A DNA stretch of 64,000 nucleotides from Chiloscyllium plagiosum (Eukaryota), in assembly GCF_004010195.1 (NCBI RefSeq), contig NC_057750.1, forward strand, positions 10,832,601-10,896,600, in the 5' to 3' direction. The position numbers and the translations under genes are program-made. Below, in pieces: positions 52,336-64,000 of the stretch; the first letter of the stretch is position 1; the number at the start of each line of letters is the position of its first letter. A model generated the notes under the pieces. It ran no database searches, was not told the origin of the DNA, and saw only the letters and a list, made by a program, of their open reading frames with translations.

Positions 52336-55300
52336 CACCTAGCTTGTGACTGTGAGAAACAAAACACCCATTATTACCCCAGGCAGTTTCAAATATGATC
52401 GAAATGTTTGGGTTTTGAGGAACATCTTAACAGAGGAGAAGCTGTGCTGTTTATGGAGCATGGGGCCAAGGACATGGCAACCTAACAGAAATAAATGTAC
52501 AAATGCACAGAGTCCGGGGAACAGAGAATGTGGGATGTGGTTTGTTACAGAATGAACTGACGGTTATATGGAATCAGAATTACTTGCCTCATCTTGCTTT
52601 TGTCTTGTTATTTTACTTTTAGAGAGAACCCACTCGCTCCCTTTCACATCTCAATTTAGACCCATTTTATATCTCTTTTTCTTCTCCACCATTTGCAACC
52701 TTTTTGTCTTTTGCAATGGTCTCTGCCTCTATCAAAACTATATAAAACAATTCCCAACTTCAGTTCTGAAGATGAGTAATTCTGGACTCAGAAGATTAAC
52801 TCACAGAATCAACTAGACCTGCTGAGTTTCTCCAGCATTCTCTGTGTTTGTATCAGAACTATTTATTTGGGGAAGGATTTGCTGGACGTTAACAGCCCAT
52901 TGAACCACATCATAAACACTCCTTCCATGAGCAACAAGTCCAGCTGTGGAATTTCAAACCCAGAGCTTCAAACCCAGAGGGTGGGATGCTACTTCTGCAC
53001 CACCAGACCGCCCCGGCACGGTTTTGTTACTTAGAGTGGCACAGGTCTGCCTGCTCTCACACTGCACTGAGTCTGTGGGGGAAACAGGTTGTGGAGAGGA
53101 GGGGTGACTGGGACGTAGAGGTCTGTGCTGCTGGAATGGGTCTTCACCCTGAAACACAACTCAGTCTTACTGACAAAACTGATCAGTCACAAACTGAATC
53201 AAAAGTCACTGAAGCGGGAAGACTGACTGACACCCTTCATCAGACAGTTGCCAGTACGAATACCCAATCAAGAAGAGTTGGTAAGCACGACGGGTCTGGG
53301 AGGAAAGGTAATCAAAATAAGGGGAATAAGAATCACTTCAAATTCTTATTTTTGTGTTCGAATCCCTCTGGGCTGTCATCCCTTCTCATCTTCAGTCCTG
53401 CAGTCTTTCTCCAATCCTTGTCCCTTATCTAAGTTCCATCAACCCTCATTGATGAGTAATCCTTCATCTGCCTAGGCCCCAAGCTCCAGAATTCCCACCC
53501 TAGCCATCTCTGACTACTGGGCATTCTCTGCTATTTTAAGAAACTTCTTAATACCCACCACATGCCTAAAGTATAACACTTCAAAAATTGAATATTGTTG
53601 AAAAAAGACACATTTTATCAAAACATTTGTCTTACGCTCATCAGGATACTTAGCAAGAATATCAATTCAAGAGGAAAACCAACATTTGTATTGCACAAGA
53701 GTTCTGTACTACTAAATGACTACTTCAAAAAATATTTTGCTGTGTGCAACACTTTGCAAAACCCTGTAATTGCGAAAGATACTACTTGCAGAGGTATTTC
53801 TTTCAAGCTTTGATCACTGCTGCTATATCTTCTTTTAAGTATCAGTGTCAAATTTGGTCTGATTATGCTTCAGTGAAGATTTGATTTCATTAGAGAAACA
53901 TCAAAGGACTATTGGTGCGCCAAAAATGTTGAACCAGCTTTGTTACGTAAACTTTCATGGCAGAAATGATCTCAGCTCAGGCTTTGTGCCAGTGTCGATG
54001 GCTCTAGATACGACTGGGAGTGGATAAACGGAATGGAGGTTAGGTGGAGCAGGCAGGTCGGGGCTTTTGACAGAGATAAAGCTCTTCCTCCAAATATCAC
54101 AAAGTAAAAAGCTGTGGGGGCTGCGAGGATAAAATTAACATTGTCTGTGCTTCAAGTGTGATAGAGAGAAAGGTGGTAGCTTTGAAGGTGAGACAAAGAG
54201 GTAGGGAATTATCAGAGAATGGAGAATCCCATTAATCAGGGTTAGATACAGAGCAAAGCTCTACTATTTTAAATTGAAAGTAAAACTCCCTGTATTTCTT
54301 TTTAAAATACTCTGTAAAATAATACAAATGAACAGTTAACGGAAACTTATACAAGGAAGTGGAAACTTACTAAATTGAAGTATCCTCTGCTTTTTTTAAA
54401 GCAGAAAATAAAGCTTCCTCTAAACTTTCCCCATCAAACAATCCTAGGATAGGTACAGGACAGGGTTAGATACAGAATAAAGGTTCCTCGACACTGTCCA
54501 CTTCAAACACTCTCAGGTCTAGCTACAGTGTTGAGCTTTCTCTACGTTGTCTCTGTCAAACATCCCAGGGAAGTACAGCATGGGGTTACATGCAGAATAA
54601 AGCTCTCTCTGCAATGAGTCATCAAACTCTCAGAGAGAGCTATATTCTCAGAGAGAATATAGCATGGGTCAGACTAACACTACTCTCTCCCCACAGCTCC
54701 ATATCAAATTAATGACGTTTCCCACAAACACTGATTAAAAACTCAGGCAAACACTACTACGTGTACATATAAACATGATGGTACTCACAAACCTAAGCAG
54801 TGACCATGTAAATTGGATACTGGACCTGCATGCAAGCACCAAACCCCAGAAAACTCGGAGAAGCATGCATAAACACTAATACGTACATATAAAAACAGAA
54901 ATTTCTAAATGCCAGTCATGCCCGCATACTATCACCAGCTGCAGGATTCAGTTACAGTTCACTTGGAGCAGTTACTGAATGTTTGGAATGTCATACCTTA
55001 TGTACACAAATACATTTCATAAGATCATCGCTGATTGTCCCAAGCTGTTCGATGTAATGCATGTTTATACAAAACATCCTTATCCGAGGCAGCTGCCATT
55101 CCAAATTCCACAGAAAAACAGCAGATCGGCAGTTCACAATTTTAAATTTGTGCACCTATATTTGAATACCTCCACAGCCTCATCTCTGTCTCTCCTTCTG
55201 TAACCTCCTCCAACCTTACAATTTTCCCAGATTTCTGCAATCCTCCAACTTAAAACTTGCTCTCACCCTTATAACCTTCCATTCAGCCCTCGCCTATCAG

Positions 55301-57160
55301 TAGTCGCAAGCTCTGAACTTTCCTCCTTAAACCACTCCATCTCTCCTCCTTTAAGACAGTCTTTAAAATCTACCCCAAACTTTTAGACATTTTCCCTTAT
55401 ATATCCTGATGTGACTTGGTGTCAGGTGCTATATAAACACAATACAAATTTTTTTTTGAGAGCAGATTCCCCGAATTGCCAAATTACGGGCCAGGTCTGA
55501 AATGGCTCTGCCACCCTTATCTGACCATTCAGCACAGAGATGCCAAGGGCAGTGGGAAAAGATACAGTCTCATCCTACCCACTGAATGTATTCATGCCAA
55601 ACACCCAGAATTTTTCACCATCAGCATTTCACAGATGTGACTAAGTGCAATCCTTCCTGTTTCCAAACAACTAGCTCCTCCTAATATGCTTCTGCGTCCT
55701 GTTTCATCCCTCACTAACCAATAAAACACAGCAAAGGGCTCAGCCAATCCAAGTTCTGGGAGAGTGGATTGCACTCCCAATGGAGTAGTCAAGATTTTCG
55801 ATGCATTAAACAGGAAGCTAAAGCAATACTCACTGGAGAAATGAATAGCATATGCTGATGGGGTCAGATGATGAGGGGCGTAGAGGAAGCTCCTCAGGAG
55901 CAAAAACATTGGTGTGAACCTGATAGGTAGAATGGCTAATTTCTCAGCTATAATTTGTAAATGTGTTTCATTTCTCTCACCAATCACTGGAGATGTGGAA
56001 GTACCTCAGTCTAAAAACAGATTTGATCAATGAAATGCCTAGGAGTCATTTAAAACACTCGATTTAGTGCAGGAGAGTTGTGTCACTCTCTGAACCATAA
56101 GAAGGAGCTTCATCTTGAGTGGTGGGCAGGATGTACTATGATAAGGCTGCTTTATAAATGCAAGTTCTTGTTGCTGTTAGAAAAAGACCAGTTCAATTTT
56201 CCCTAACATTTTATATGCAAAAGGAAATAGAGACTTGCATTAATACAGCACCTTTCAGAACCACAGGATGTTCCAAAATACTTTACAGGCAGTAAAGGAC
56301 TTATGTAGTCTTAACTCAGCATCTAATTTGGACACAACAAACTCCCACAAACTGTAATAACAGTAATATAATAATGGCAGTATTTATTAAAGGGTAAATA
56401 TTGCTTAGTATTCCAGGGGAGAACCTCCCCTCTGCTCTTATTCTAAATGGCCCCTCGGGTCTTTTACATTCTCCCAAAGGGCAGACTGGGATTCCATTTA
56501 ATGCCTCATCCAAAAGATGACACCTCTGACAGGATTAGCCTCGACTTCTGTTCTCAAGTGGGACATAATCTCACAGATTTTCAGGACTAGAGTAGATAGG
56601 TGATCGACGGACATGATGGGCTAAAGAGCTTCTTTCTCTGCTGTAAAACTCAATGACTCTCTGGTCCTTGGCTAAGGGTCATTGCTGAGTCACAGCTGAT
56701 ACTTGACATCTGGCACCAGAATTCTGGGCAATTACTTAAGTTGTTTGAGAATTCCCAGTGGAGTGATACTGGAAGTTGAAACTGGCAACTGAACACTCAC
56801 AGCAGAAACTGCAGGTGCATGTCTCGGGAATTACTGATAATGTGAATGCCTCAGGCTCATTGCCAGTACCACAGATCCAGAAAAAAACCCCAACCTGTCA
56901 AATCATATCACCTTTTTGCAAGCGGTGGTTGGATGTTTTAAAATGGTTTTAAGCCCTGGGCTCAAACAAATATTGATCCCTGCAGATTTCGAACAACACT
57001 GCTAATTCCGATAGGATTCAGTCTGATTGCAAATTGGTAGGGAAATGGTGGCACAGTGATAATGTTGCTGGACTAATAATCTAAAGTCCATTCCACCCCC
57101 AGCAAATTCTCCGGGAGAAATGTTGGTTTAAATCCTGCCAAGGTAGCTGGTGTCAAAGGA

Positions 57161-59170
57161 GGAGAAAGTGAGGACTGCAGATGCTGGAGATCACAGTCGA
57201 GATGGTGGTGCTGGAAAAGCACAGCAGGTCAGGCAGCATCTGAGGAGCAGGAGAATTGACGTTTCGGGCATAAGCGCTTCATCAGGAATGAGGCTTCTGG
57301 GCTGGGGGAGGGAGGCTGAGAGATAAATGGGAAGGTGGTGCAGTAGGGGGAAGGTGGCTGAGATTGCAATAGGTAGATGGTGGAGGGTTGGAGAGGAGGG
57401 TGGAGCAGATAGATGGGAGGTCAAGAGTTGGAAGTGTCGAGTTGGAGGCTTGGAACTGGGATAAGGTGGGAGAAGGTAAAATGAGGAAACTGGTGAAATT
57501 CACATGAATCCCGTGTGGTTGCAAGGTTCCAAGGTGAAAGATGAGGTGTTCTTCCTCCTAGCATCTGGTAGTTAGGGTTCAGCAATCGAGGAGGCCCAGC
57601 ACCTGCATGTCCTTGTTGGAGTGGGAGGGGGAGTTGAAGTGTTCAGCCAGAGGGATGTGGGGTTAGTTGGTGCTGGTGTCCTGGAGATGTTCTTGGAAAT
57701 GATCCGCACGTTGGCGTCCTGTCTCTCCAGTGTAGAGGAGATGGTATTAGTGGACGTACAGGTAAATTTCTGTCGGATGTGGAAGGATCCTTTGGGGCCT
57801 TGGACAGAGGTGAGGTGGGAGCGCAGGTTTTACACTTCCTGCAGTGGCAAGAGAAGGTGCCTGGAATGGGGTGAGGGCTGGTGGGGGGCATGGATCTGAC
57901 AAGGGAGTTGTGGAGGGAATGGTCCCTCCGAAACACTGATAGGAGTGGTGAGGGAAATATGGCCCTGGTAGTGGGATCTGTTTGTAGTTGGCAGAAGATG
58001 ATGCAATGGAGGTTGGTGGGGTGGAAGGTGAGGACCAGGGGGGGTTTCTGTCCTTGTTGCATTGGGAGGGGTGAGGTTCAAGAGGGGTGAGGTGCGGGAA
58101 GTGGAGGAAATATGCTGGAGGGCATCATCAATCACATGGGAGGGGAAACTGTGGTCTTCTGGGATTTGCTATAGTGGAATTGGTCATCCTGGGAACAGAT
58201 GCAGCGGAGATGGGGGAATTGGGAATAAGGGATGGCATTTTTACAGGAGGCAGGATGGGAGGAGGTATAGTCCAGGTAGCTGTGGGAGTCTGTGGGTTTG
58301 CAGTAGATGTTCGTGGTTAATCAATTGCCAGAGATGGAGATGGAGAGGTCCAGGAAGGGGAGGGAGGTGTCCAAGATGGTCCAGGTGAATTTGAGGTCAG
58401 GGTGAAAGGTGTTAGTGAAGTTGAGGAACTGTTCAACCTCCTTGTGGGAGCATAAGGTAATGCCGATACAGTCACTGATGTAGCGGTGAAAAAGGTGAGG
58501 GATGGTGCCAGTGTAGTTGCGAAGATGGATTGTTCCATGTACCCGAAAAAGAGGCAGGCATAGCTGGGGCCCATGTGGGTGCCCATGGCTACCCCTTTGG
58601 TTTGGAGGAAGTCGGAAGATTAGAAGGAGAAGTTGTTAAGGGTGAGGACCATTTCAGTCAGGAGGATGAGGGTGTTGGTGGAAGGGTACTGGTTTGGACA
58701 GCGTGAAAGTAAGAAATTCATCATGGCAGATAGATGTGTAGAGGGACTGGATGTCCATTGTGAAGATAAGGTGTAGGGGGCTGGGGAAATGAAAGTCTTG
58801 GTGAAGGACATAGGTGGTGTCCCAAACATAGGTGGGGAGTTCCTGGACTAAGGTGGACAGGACAATGTCAAAGTAGGCAGAGATGAGTTCAGTGGGACAG
58901 GAGCAGGCTGAGACAATGAGTCGACTGGGGAAATCAGGTTTGTGAACCTTTGTTAGGAGGTAGAATTGGGTGATGTGAGGTTCGCGGACGATGAGGTTGG
59001 AGGCTTTGGATGGGGGATCTCCAGAGGTGATGAAGTTGTGGATGATCTGGGAGGTGATGGTTTGGTGATGGGAGGTGAGGTCGTGGTCGAGGAGGCAGTA
59101 GGAGGAGGTGTCTGTGCTTCAGCAGTGTAGAGGTCAGTGCGCCAAACTGCCACAGCGCCTCCCTTGTCTG
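57161..59170 (-). mobile_element. Penelope-like retroelement, 5'-truncated and frameshifted (RT and Cys-rich linker remnants)
   Basis: Minus-strand remnants include DKGGAVAVWRTDLY, MGTHMGPSYACLFFGY, RYISDCIG (degenerate YxDD), PPLVLTFHP and GTFSCHCRKCKTC. Hammerhead-like core at about 57256-57290. Confidence 0.85.
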
Positions 59171-59839
59171 TTCAGCATTTGAGCCTGCTCTGCCATTCTG
59201 TATGATCCTGGTTGATCCAACTTAGTCCCCTTCTCCTGCTTATTTCACTCCCTTGAGCCCTAAAAATTTCCTTCTTGAAAATATTCAATGTTTTGGCTTC
59301 AACTGCTTTCTGTGGCACTGAATTCCATGGTTTCACCACTCTCAGGGCGAAGAAATTTCTGACATTTAAATTCAATGCATAAATTCTGGAATATAAAGCT
59401 AGCCAGTGGCAATTTTATAACCATTGTTGATTGTCATAAAGACTCATCTGATTCACTAATGCCCCTCAGGGAAGGCGATCTGCTGTCCTAACCTGGCCTG
59501 ATCTACATGTGACTCCAGATCAACAGTATTGTGGTTGACTCATAATAGCCCACTGAAATGTCTAAACAAACTACTTTGTTCAAAAGCAATTTGGGACAGG
59601 CAACAAATTCTGGTTTTACCAGCAAAACTCATACCATTTTTTTTAAGAAAGGGATTTGTATTATTCTAAAGGAGAATATGCCCTCTGTTTCTGAAGCTGT
59701 AAACCTGCAGTCCCAGTCAGTTATGTAGCGGATGGGAGTTTAGGGGGGCTGGGTCGCTCAAGGACAATGCCTTTAACAGCCGTGGACAGCTTTCCATTTG
59801 GAGTATGTAAAAATTAATGTACCTTTTCTGAGATCTGAA

Positions 59840-60420
59840 GTCGGACTGAACCTCTGTTCGAGAGGTCTGAGGCGGGCAATGGTGGGAAGAGTAGCTGATT
59901 TCGGCGAGAGGTGGGGGGTGGGGGAAGAGAGGGAATTGCCAGAGTCATGGAGGGGGTGGGACGGCGTAATCAAAAGCTGAACTGAGAGGAAAAGGATGGG
60001 TGTGGAAGGGACGGGGGGAAGAAGAGTGTCACCCACCGTCCCCTCCCCGGAATCGCTTGCTGCGAAATGCGTCTGGGTTGGAGATAGAGGGATCGGGCTG
60101 CGATGCCTCCTGTAGTCGAATAAACGACCGCCATTCGCGCCTGGGGCCGGCGTAAGGAAATGGGGAGGGGGGTGTTGGTCCCGAGCGTGTGGGATGAGCC
60201 CTGTTACCTGTGGCACACGCTCCCAATCTTTCCCCGGGTACCTGTAGCCTTTTACATGCATCATTGTGGTCTCCCAATCCCAAATCAAAAACACACCGCG
60301 GATGCTGAAATGGGCGCGGGGTTGGAAACGGACGTCAGAAAATGCTTGAAATACTCAGCAGGCAGTTGGAGAGAATGGAGTTCAAGATGCGCTATTGCCA
60401 GATCTGAATATTCCCAGCAT
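59840..60420. promoter_or_regulatory. CpG-enriched, G-rich stretch at the 5' end of TGFB1 intron 1
   Basis: Many CG dinucleotides (cgcgcc, ggccggcg, ccgcgg, gggcgcgggg) against a CpG-depleted background. Confidence 0.5.
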
Positions 60421-60517
60421 TGTTTTTTCTCTCTGAACTCGGTCTGGTATTTGCCAAGGAGTAGGCGCTAATGTAGATTCTAAGGATGCTGGAATGCTGT
60501 GGTTAAGGGGCACTTAC

Positions 60518-60887
60518 CTTGACCTCCTCGGCTTCCTGAGTTGACCTCCAAAGTGTCAAAGCGGTGCACCTCTTTGGCATAATAGTCTGACTGAGTCGCA
60601 GTGGTTACCTGCTGCTGCTCCTTGACCAGGTCACCCAGGAGCTCCTTGGTGCTGTTGTACAGAACCATGACCTCGTTGGTCACTGTCACTTGCTCGGCCT
60701 TGGGAGGACTGGACATTTTGAGTTTGCTGAGGATCTGGCCCCGGATAGCTTCGATTCTCTTCTTCCGGATCTGCTCTATGTCGATGGTCTTGCAAGTGGA
60801 GAGGGAGAGCGCGACGGGCAGAATGTCCCACAGAAGGAGCAGGTTGAGAAGAACCCGGAGCTGCATCCTTTTTGTTCTGGAGCTCAT
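60518..60887 (-). CDS. TGFB1: TGF-beta1 preproprotein, coding exon 1 (signal peptide and LAP N-terminus)
   Basis: Translates as MSSRTKRMQLRVLLNLLLLWDILPVALS-LSTCKTIDIEQIRKKRIEAIRGQILSKLKMSSPP...VLYNST...DYYAKEV, the conserved TGF-beta LAP N-terminus. Donor CAAG|GTAAGT at 60517; 370 nt, phase 1. A second in-frame ATG at 60866 has a better -3 purine and may be the true start. Confidence 0.95.
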
Positions 60888-61293
60888 CCGTTGAACTTGG
60901 CAGCAGAAAGTGTCAAACTTCCTATAGTTTTATGAACAAATATAATTTCTCAGTGAAACCTTGGGGCTTGCTCAGAATTGACCAGTTACGTTTATAACGG
61001 CAGTTCAAGGGGAAAGAAATAATTGATGCAGTCCAAAAACAAGTTCAAACTAGAGCAGCAAATCAGATCTTCATTAATTGCTTCCAGGATGAAATGAGGA
61101 ACAGGCTTCAAACTCGCTGAAATAAAGATGGCTTATAACCAGTACCTTCCGATCTCATCCCAAGCAATTCAGGCAAATGCAACTTTGTTGCTGTTTTGAT
61201 TTACTTTGAGACGCACTTGAGATATACAAAAAAAGGGATACTTTCTTTTCTACCTTCTTTCAATGTTGCCTCGGCGTTTTGTTAGTTTAAAAA

Positions 61294-61313
61294 ACACACA
61301 CACACACACACAC
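61294..61313. repeat. (CA)n microsatellite in the putative TGFB1 5' UTR
   Basis: About 10 AC units seen directly. Confidence 0.9.
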
Positions 61314-61372
61314 CCGAGAGGTCACAGACTGGTGCCGGGGACTCGAAACTGTTGTGGGCAAGAAGTTGAGAC

Positions 61373-61378
61373 TTTATA
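61373..61378 (-). promoter_or_regulatory. Candidate TATA box of the TGFB1 promoter
   Basis: TATAAA(G) on the minus strand about 490 bp upstream of the ATG, in unique sequence. TGTGGT (RUNX-type) motifs lie at about 61417 and 61430. Confidence 0.4.
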
Positions 61379-64000
61379 AAGCCTTACGGGTCTGTAACTC
61401 CTCCCAGGAAATAGGTGTGGTGTAACAGCTGTGGTTGACTTAGAACGTCTCTATTTCAGAATATTTGTAAATTATTTCCTTCAACGGTACAGAAGCAATA
61501 ATGTTGTTTTAAAAAAAAACACAATCTTCCGGACAGCTAGTCGAAAAGACTGATCTGTTTTCTGATAGAAGATCTGAACTCTTCTCTCCCTCCTCGGATG
61601 CTTGCCTGATCTGCTCAGTCAGTAGATATGTCCCGTAACAGTGATGCGTCTCCAGTCCACACACTCTGCAACCTACAAGGGTGTTCAGGCAGCTCCTAAA
61701 TCTGCAATGGACCCGGGACTAAGCTGGACTCAAAACAGGCCCCTCAGATCAGAGAAGGGAGGGCAGGAAGCGACTCAGCACTGCTGAGCCCAGCAGTCTC
61801 TCTCTACACAAATGACTGTATTTCCTTTACTTTTTAGCAACTTTAACGACTGCCCAGTGCTACATGTTAACAGTCAGCGAACATTCAACATTGCTGCTGC
61901 GCCTTTCACAAGCTCAGGACGATCGACAACTAATTAAGTTCTTATTTTTGAGGTGCAGCCACCCCCGGTGTAATATAGGTAACGCGGTTGTCGATTTGTG
62001 CACAGCAAGCTCCCACAAACAGCAGTAAGAGTGAGCAGATGATCTGTTTTGAGCTATTGGCCTAAAAAAACTAGGAGAACGTTCTTGCTGCTTCCTGAGA
62101 ACATGCCATGGGATATTTTACATCACCTGAGATGGCAGATAAATCCTTGATTATTATATCTCACCCTCTGAGCCCCTTGTGCAGTGTGGAGAGTGCACCC
62201 CATTGAGACTTGTTCTTTATATGAGACATTAAAATCAATGAAATCACTTCTGCATTGTACTCCCATGCTGTACTTGGCCTGGGAGCATTTGGGGAACATT
62301 GTAGAGAGCTTTCATCTATATCTAACCCCATGCTGTCCCTGACCATTGAGTGTTTGTTGGGGACAATATAGATGAAACTTTACCTTCAGTTTAAGAGAGG
62401 AGTGGGTGCTTTATTCTGTATCTAACCCCATACTGTCCCTGTCCTGGGAGTGTTGAATGGAGATCATATTAGAGCAAGCTTTGCTCCTCATACTGTAACT
62501 GTCCTAACAATTGTGAATGAGTTCACCCTCACCCACACTGACTTCACAGAAAATGGGTCAGAGTTTGTAGAATCAGGAAACCTCAGTCGTCCACTCTGAA
62601 CAGAAGTGAAAATCACCGCCCCAAAACAGGCTTATATTCATCCCTTGAACAACATTGGATTAGAGTAGCCAGTCACTCACAGCCTAATGCGGTTTAAGGG
62701 ATCTTCCTGTGGGTAACAAATGCCTCCATAACTACTCCCACCCCCACCAGATGGTTCAAAATATGCCACTGTCTATTGCATGCATCAGAAGACGTCAAGA
62801 TTCACATACTCCCGCTCCTGCTTTCCCCCCATTTCTCCACGATATTCTTGAATGTTCCAGGAAGGTTGCTGTAATGAGGAGCTCTGGCTGCCGGTAAGCT
62901 GCTGATCCAACTCAGAGATTCACTTGTGGTTTTTGAACAGACACGGAACAAATTCAGAAGCAGGAGGTGCCTCCCAATTAATGCTCCCAAATTATTTTGA
63001 AACTCCTGACTCCTCACGTAATGAGGGGCTTTCCAACATCACCCATTTCATTATCACAGACTATTTCTGCCACTTTCAACTCAGCTCCTGTATGTCTGCT
63101 ACTGGTTTCACTTATGAACTGAACCAACACTAGCAATATATTTTTCAAACAAATTTACTCTGCAAAATAATGGAGTGGCAGAGTGGATAGCATTTCAGTG
63201 TTGGACCGGGGTATCAATATTAAACACTCCCAGGACAGGTACAGAATGGGATTAGACACATAGATGACAAATTAGATAACAAATGACAATGATGTAGTAG
63301 TAATGTCATTGGGTTAGCATCAGATGCAGCTAATCTGTCTAATGTTCTGGGATCATGGGTTCAATTCCCACAATGGAGGATGGTGAAATTTGAACTTAAA
63401 TAAATGTGGAATAAATTGCTTAATGGCAATCATGAAATAAATGTTGATTGCTGTTAAAATCTCATCCATAGGGAAAGAAATTTTCCATTCTTATCTGGTT
63501 TGGCCTATATGCAACTCCAGATCCACAGGAATATGGTTGACTCTTAATTATCCTTTGGACTTGACAATAAATGCCAGCCTAGCTAGGTACGCCCACATCA
63601 CACGAATAAGTCAAAACAAATCATTGCTGGAATTTTGCAGTTTAAGTGTCAGCTGACTGAGCAGAAGACTATTAAAGGACCAGGATCTCACACCACAGAT
63701 TAAGGACTTGGTGTATTGGGTAGCAGTAGCATCCACTCTCTATATGTTTTAAACAACTTGGCCTTGGCAGAGCCCACCAGTGGCACTTTCACAGGTCTCT
63801 CCAAATACACCTTTCTCAGTATTGAGGCACCAATCAGGAAAGAATCAGCATCATTAGGTATTCTTAGGTCTGACACCATGGCTCCCAAAGCAACAAATCC
63901 ACTCAAAATTTGCTCTTGGAAGGAAACTCTCTGGAGGACAGCAGAAACACTTCAGGGACATGCTCAAAGGTTCCCTGAGGAGGACAAATATCCCCTCTTA

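Noticed and set aside
59773..60294. 173-aa ORF in TGFB1 intron 1
   Set aside because: Pro-rich reading of a GC-rich tract, with no recognisable domain or supporting splice context.
22476..60887. Assignment as TGFB2 or TGFB3
   Set aside because: RGD is present (absent in TGFB2), and LSTCKTID, HCSC, KNCCVR, PYIWS and VLALYN are TGFB1-type. A phylogeny is still needed for certainty.
63700..63930. Possible last exon of an upstream gene such as B9D2
   Set aside because: An acceptor-like site and open frame exist, but the peptide resembles nothing I recognise.

Overview
Eukaryotic, repeat-rich vertebrate DNA. The repeat families (HE1-type V-SINEs, LF-SINE-like and Deu-domain SINEs, CR1 LINEs, Penelope-like elements) point to a cartilaginous fish, probably a shark; this is inference. 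The main content is a complete 7-exon TGF-beta1-type gene on the minus strand, CDS 60887 to 22476. Its exons are 370+146+115+84+139+157+159 = 1170 nt (389 aa), all six introns are GT-AG, and the phases are 1,0,1,1,2,0. The protein has a signal peptide, a LAP with LSTCK, HCSC and RGDLQAL motifs, an RRKR furin site and a 113-aa mature domain with nine cysteines. The rest is mostly retroelements, often nested. The most notable non-coding signals are: minimal hammerhead-ribozyme cores (CTGANGA-stem-GAAAC-GTC) at Penelope-like termini, including ~100-bp insertions with long target-site duplications; a ~180-bp local inverted duplication in intron 1; LINE fragments sharing their 3' tail with LF-SINE-like elements; and a possible promoter and first exon of an unidentified minus-strand gene near 9.4 kb. 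Repeat boundaries are approximate and family names come from recalled consensus motifs, not a database search.
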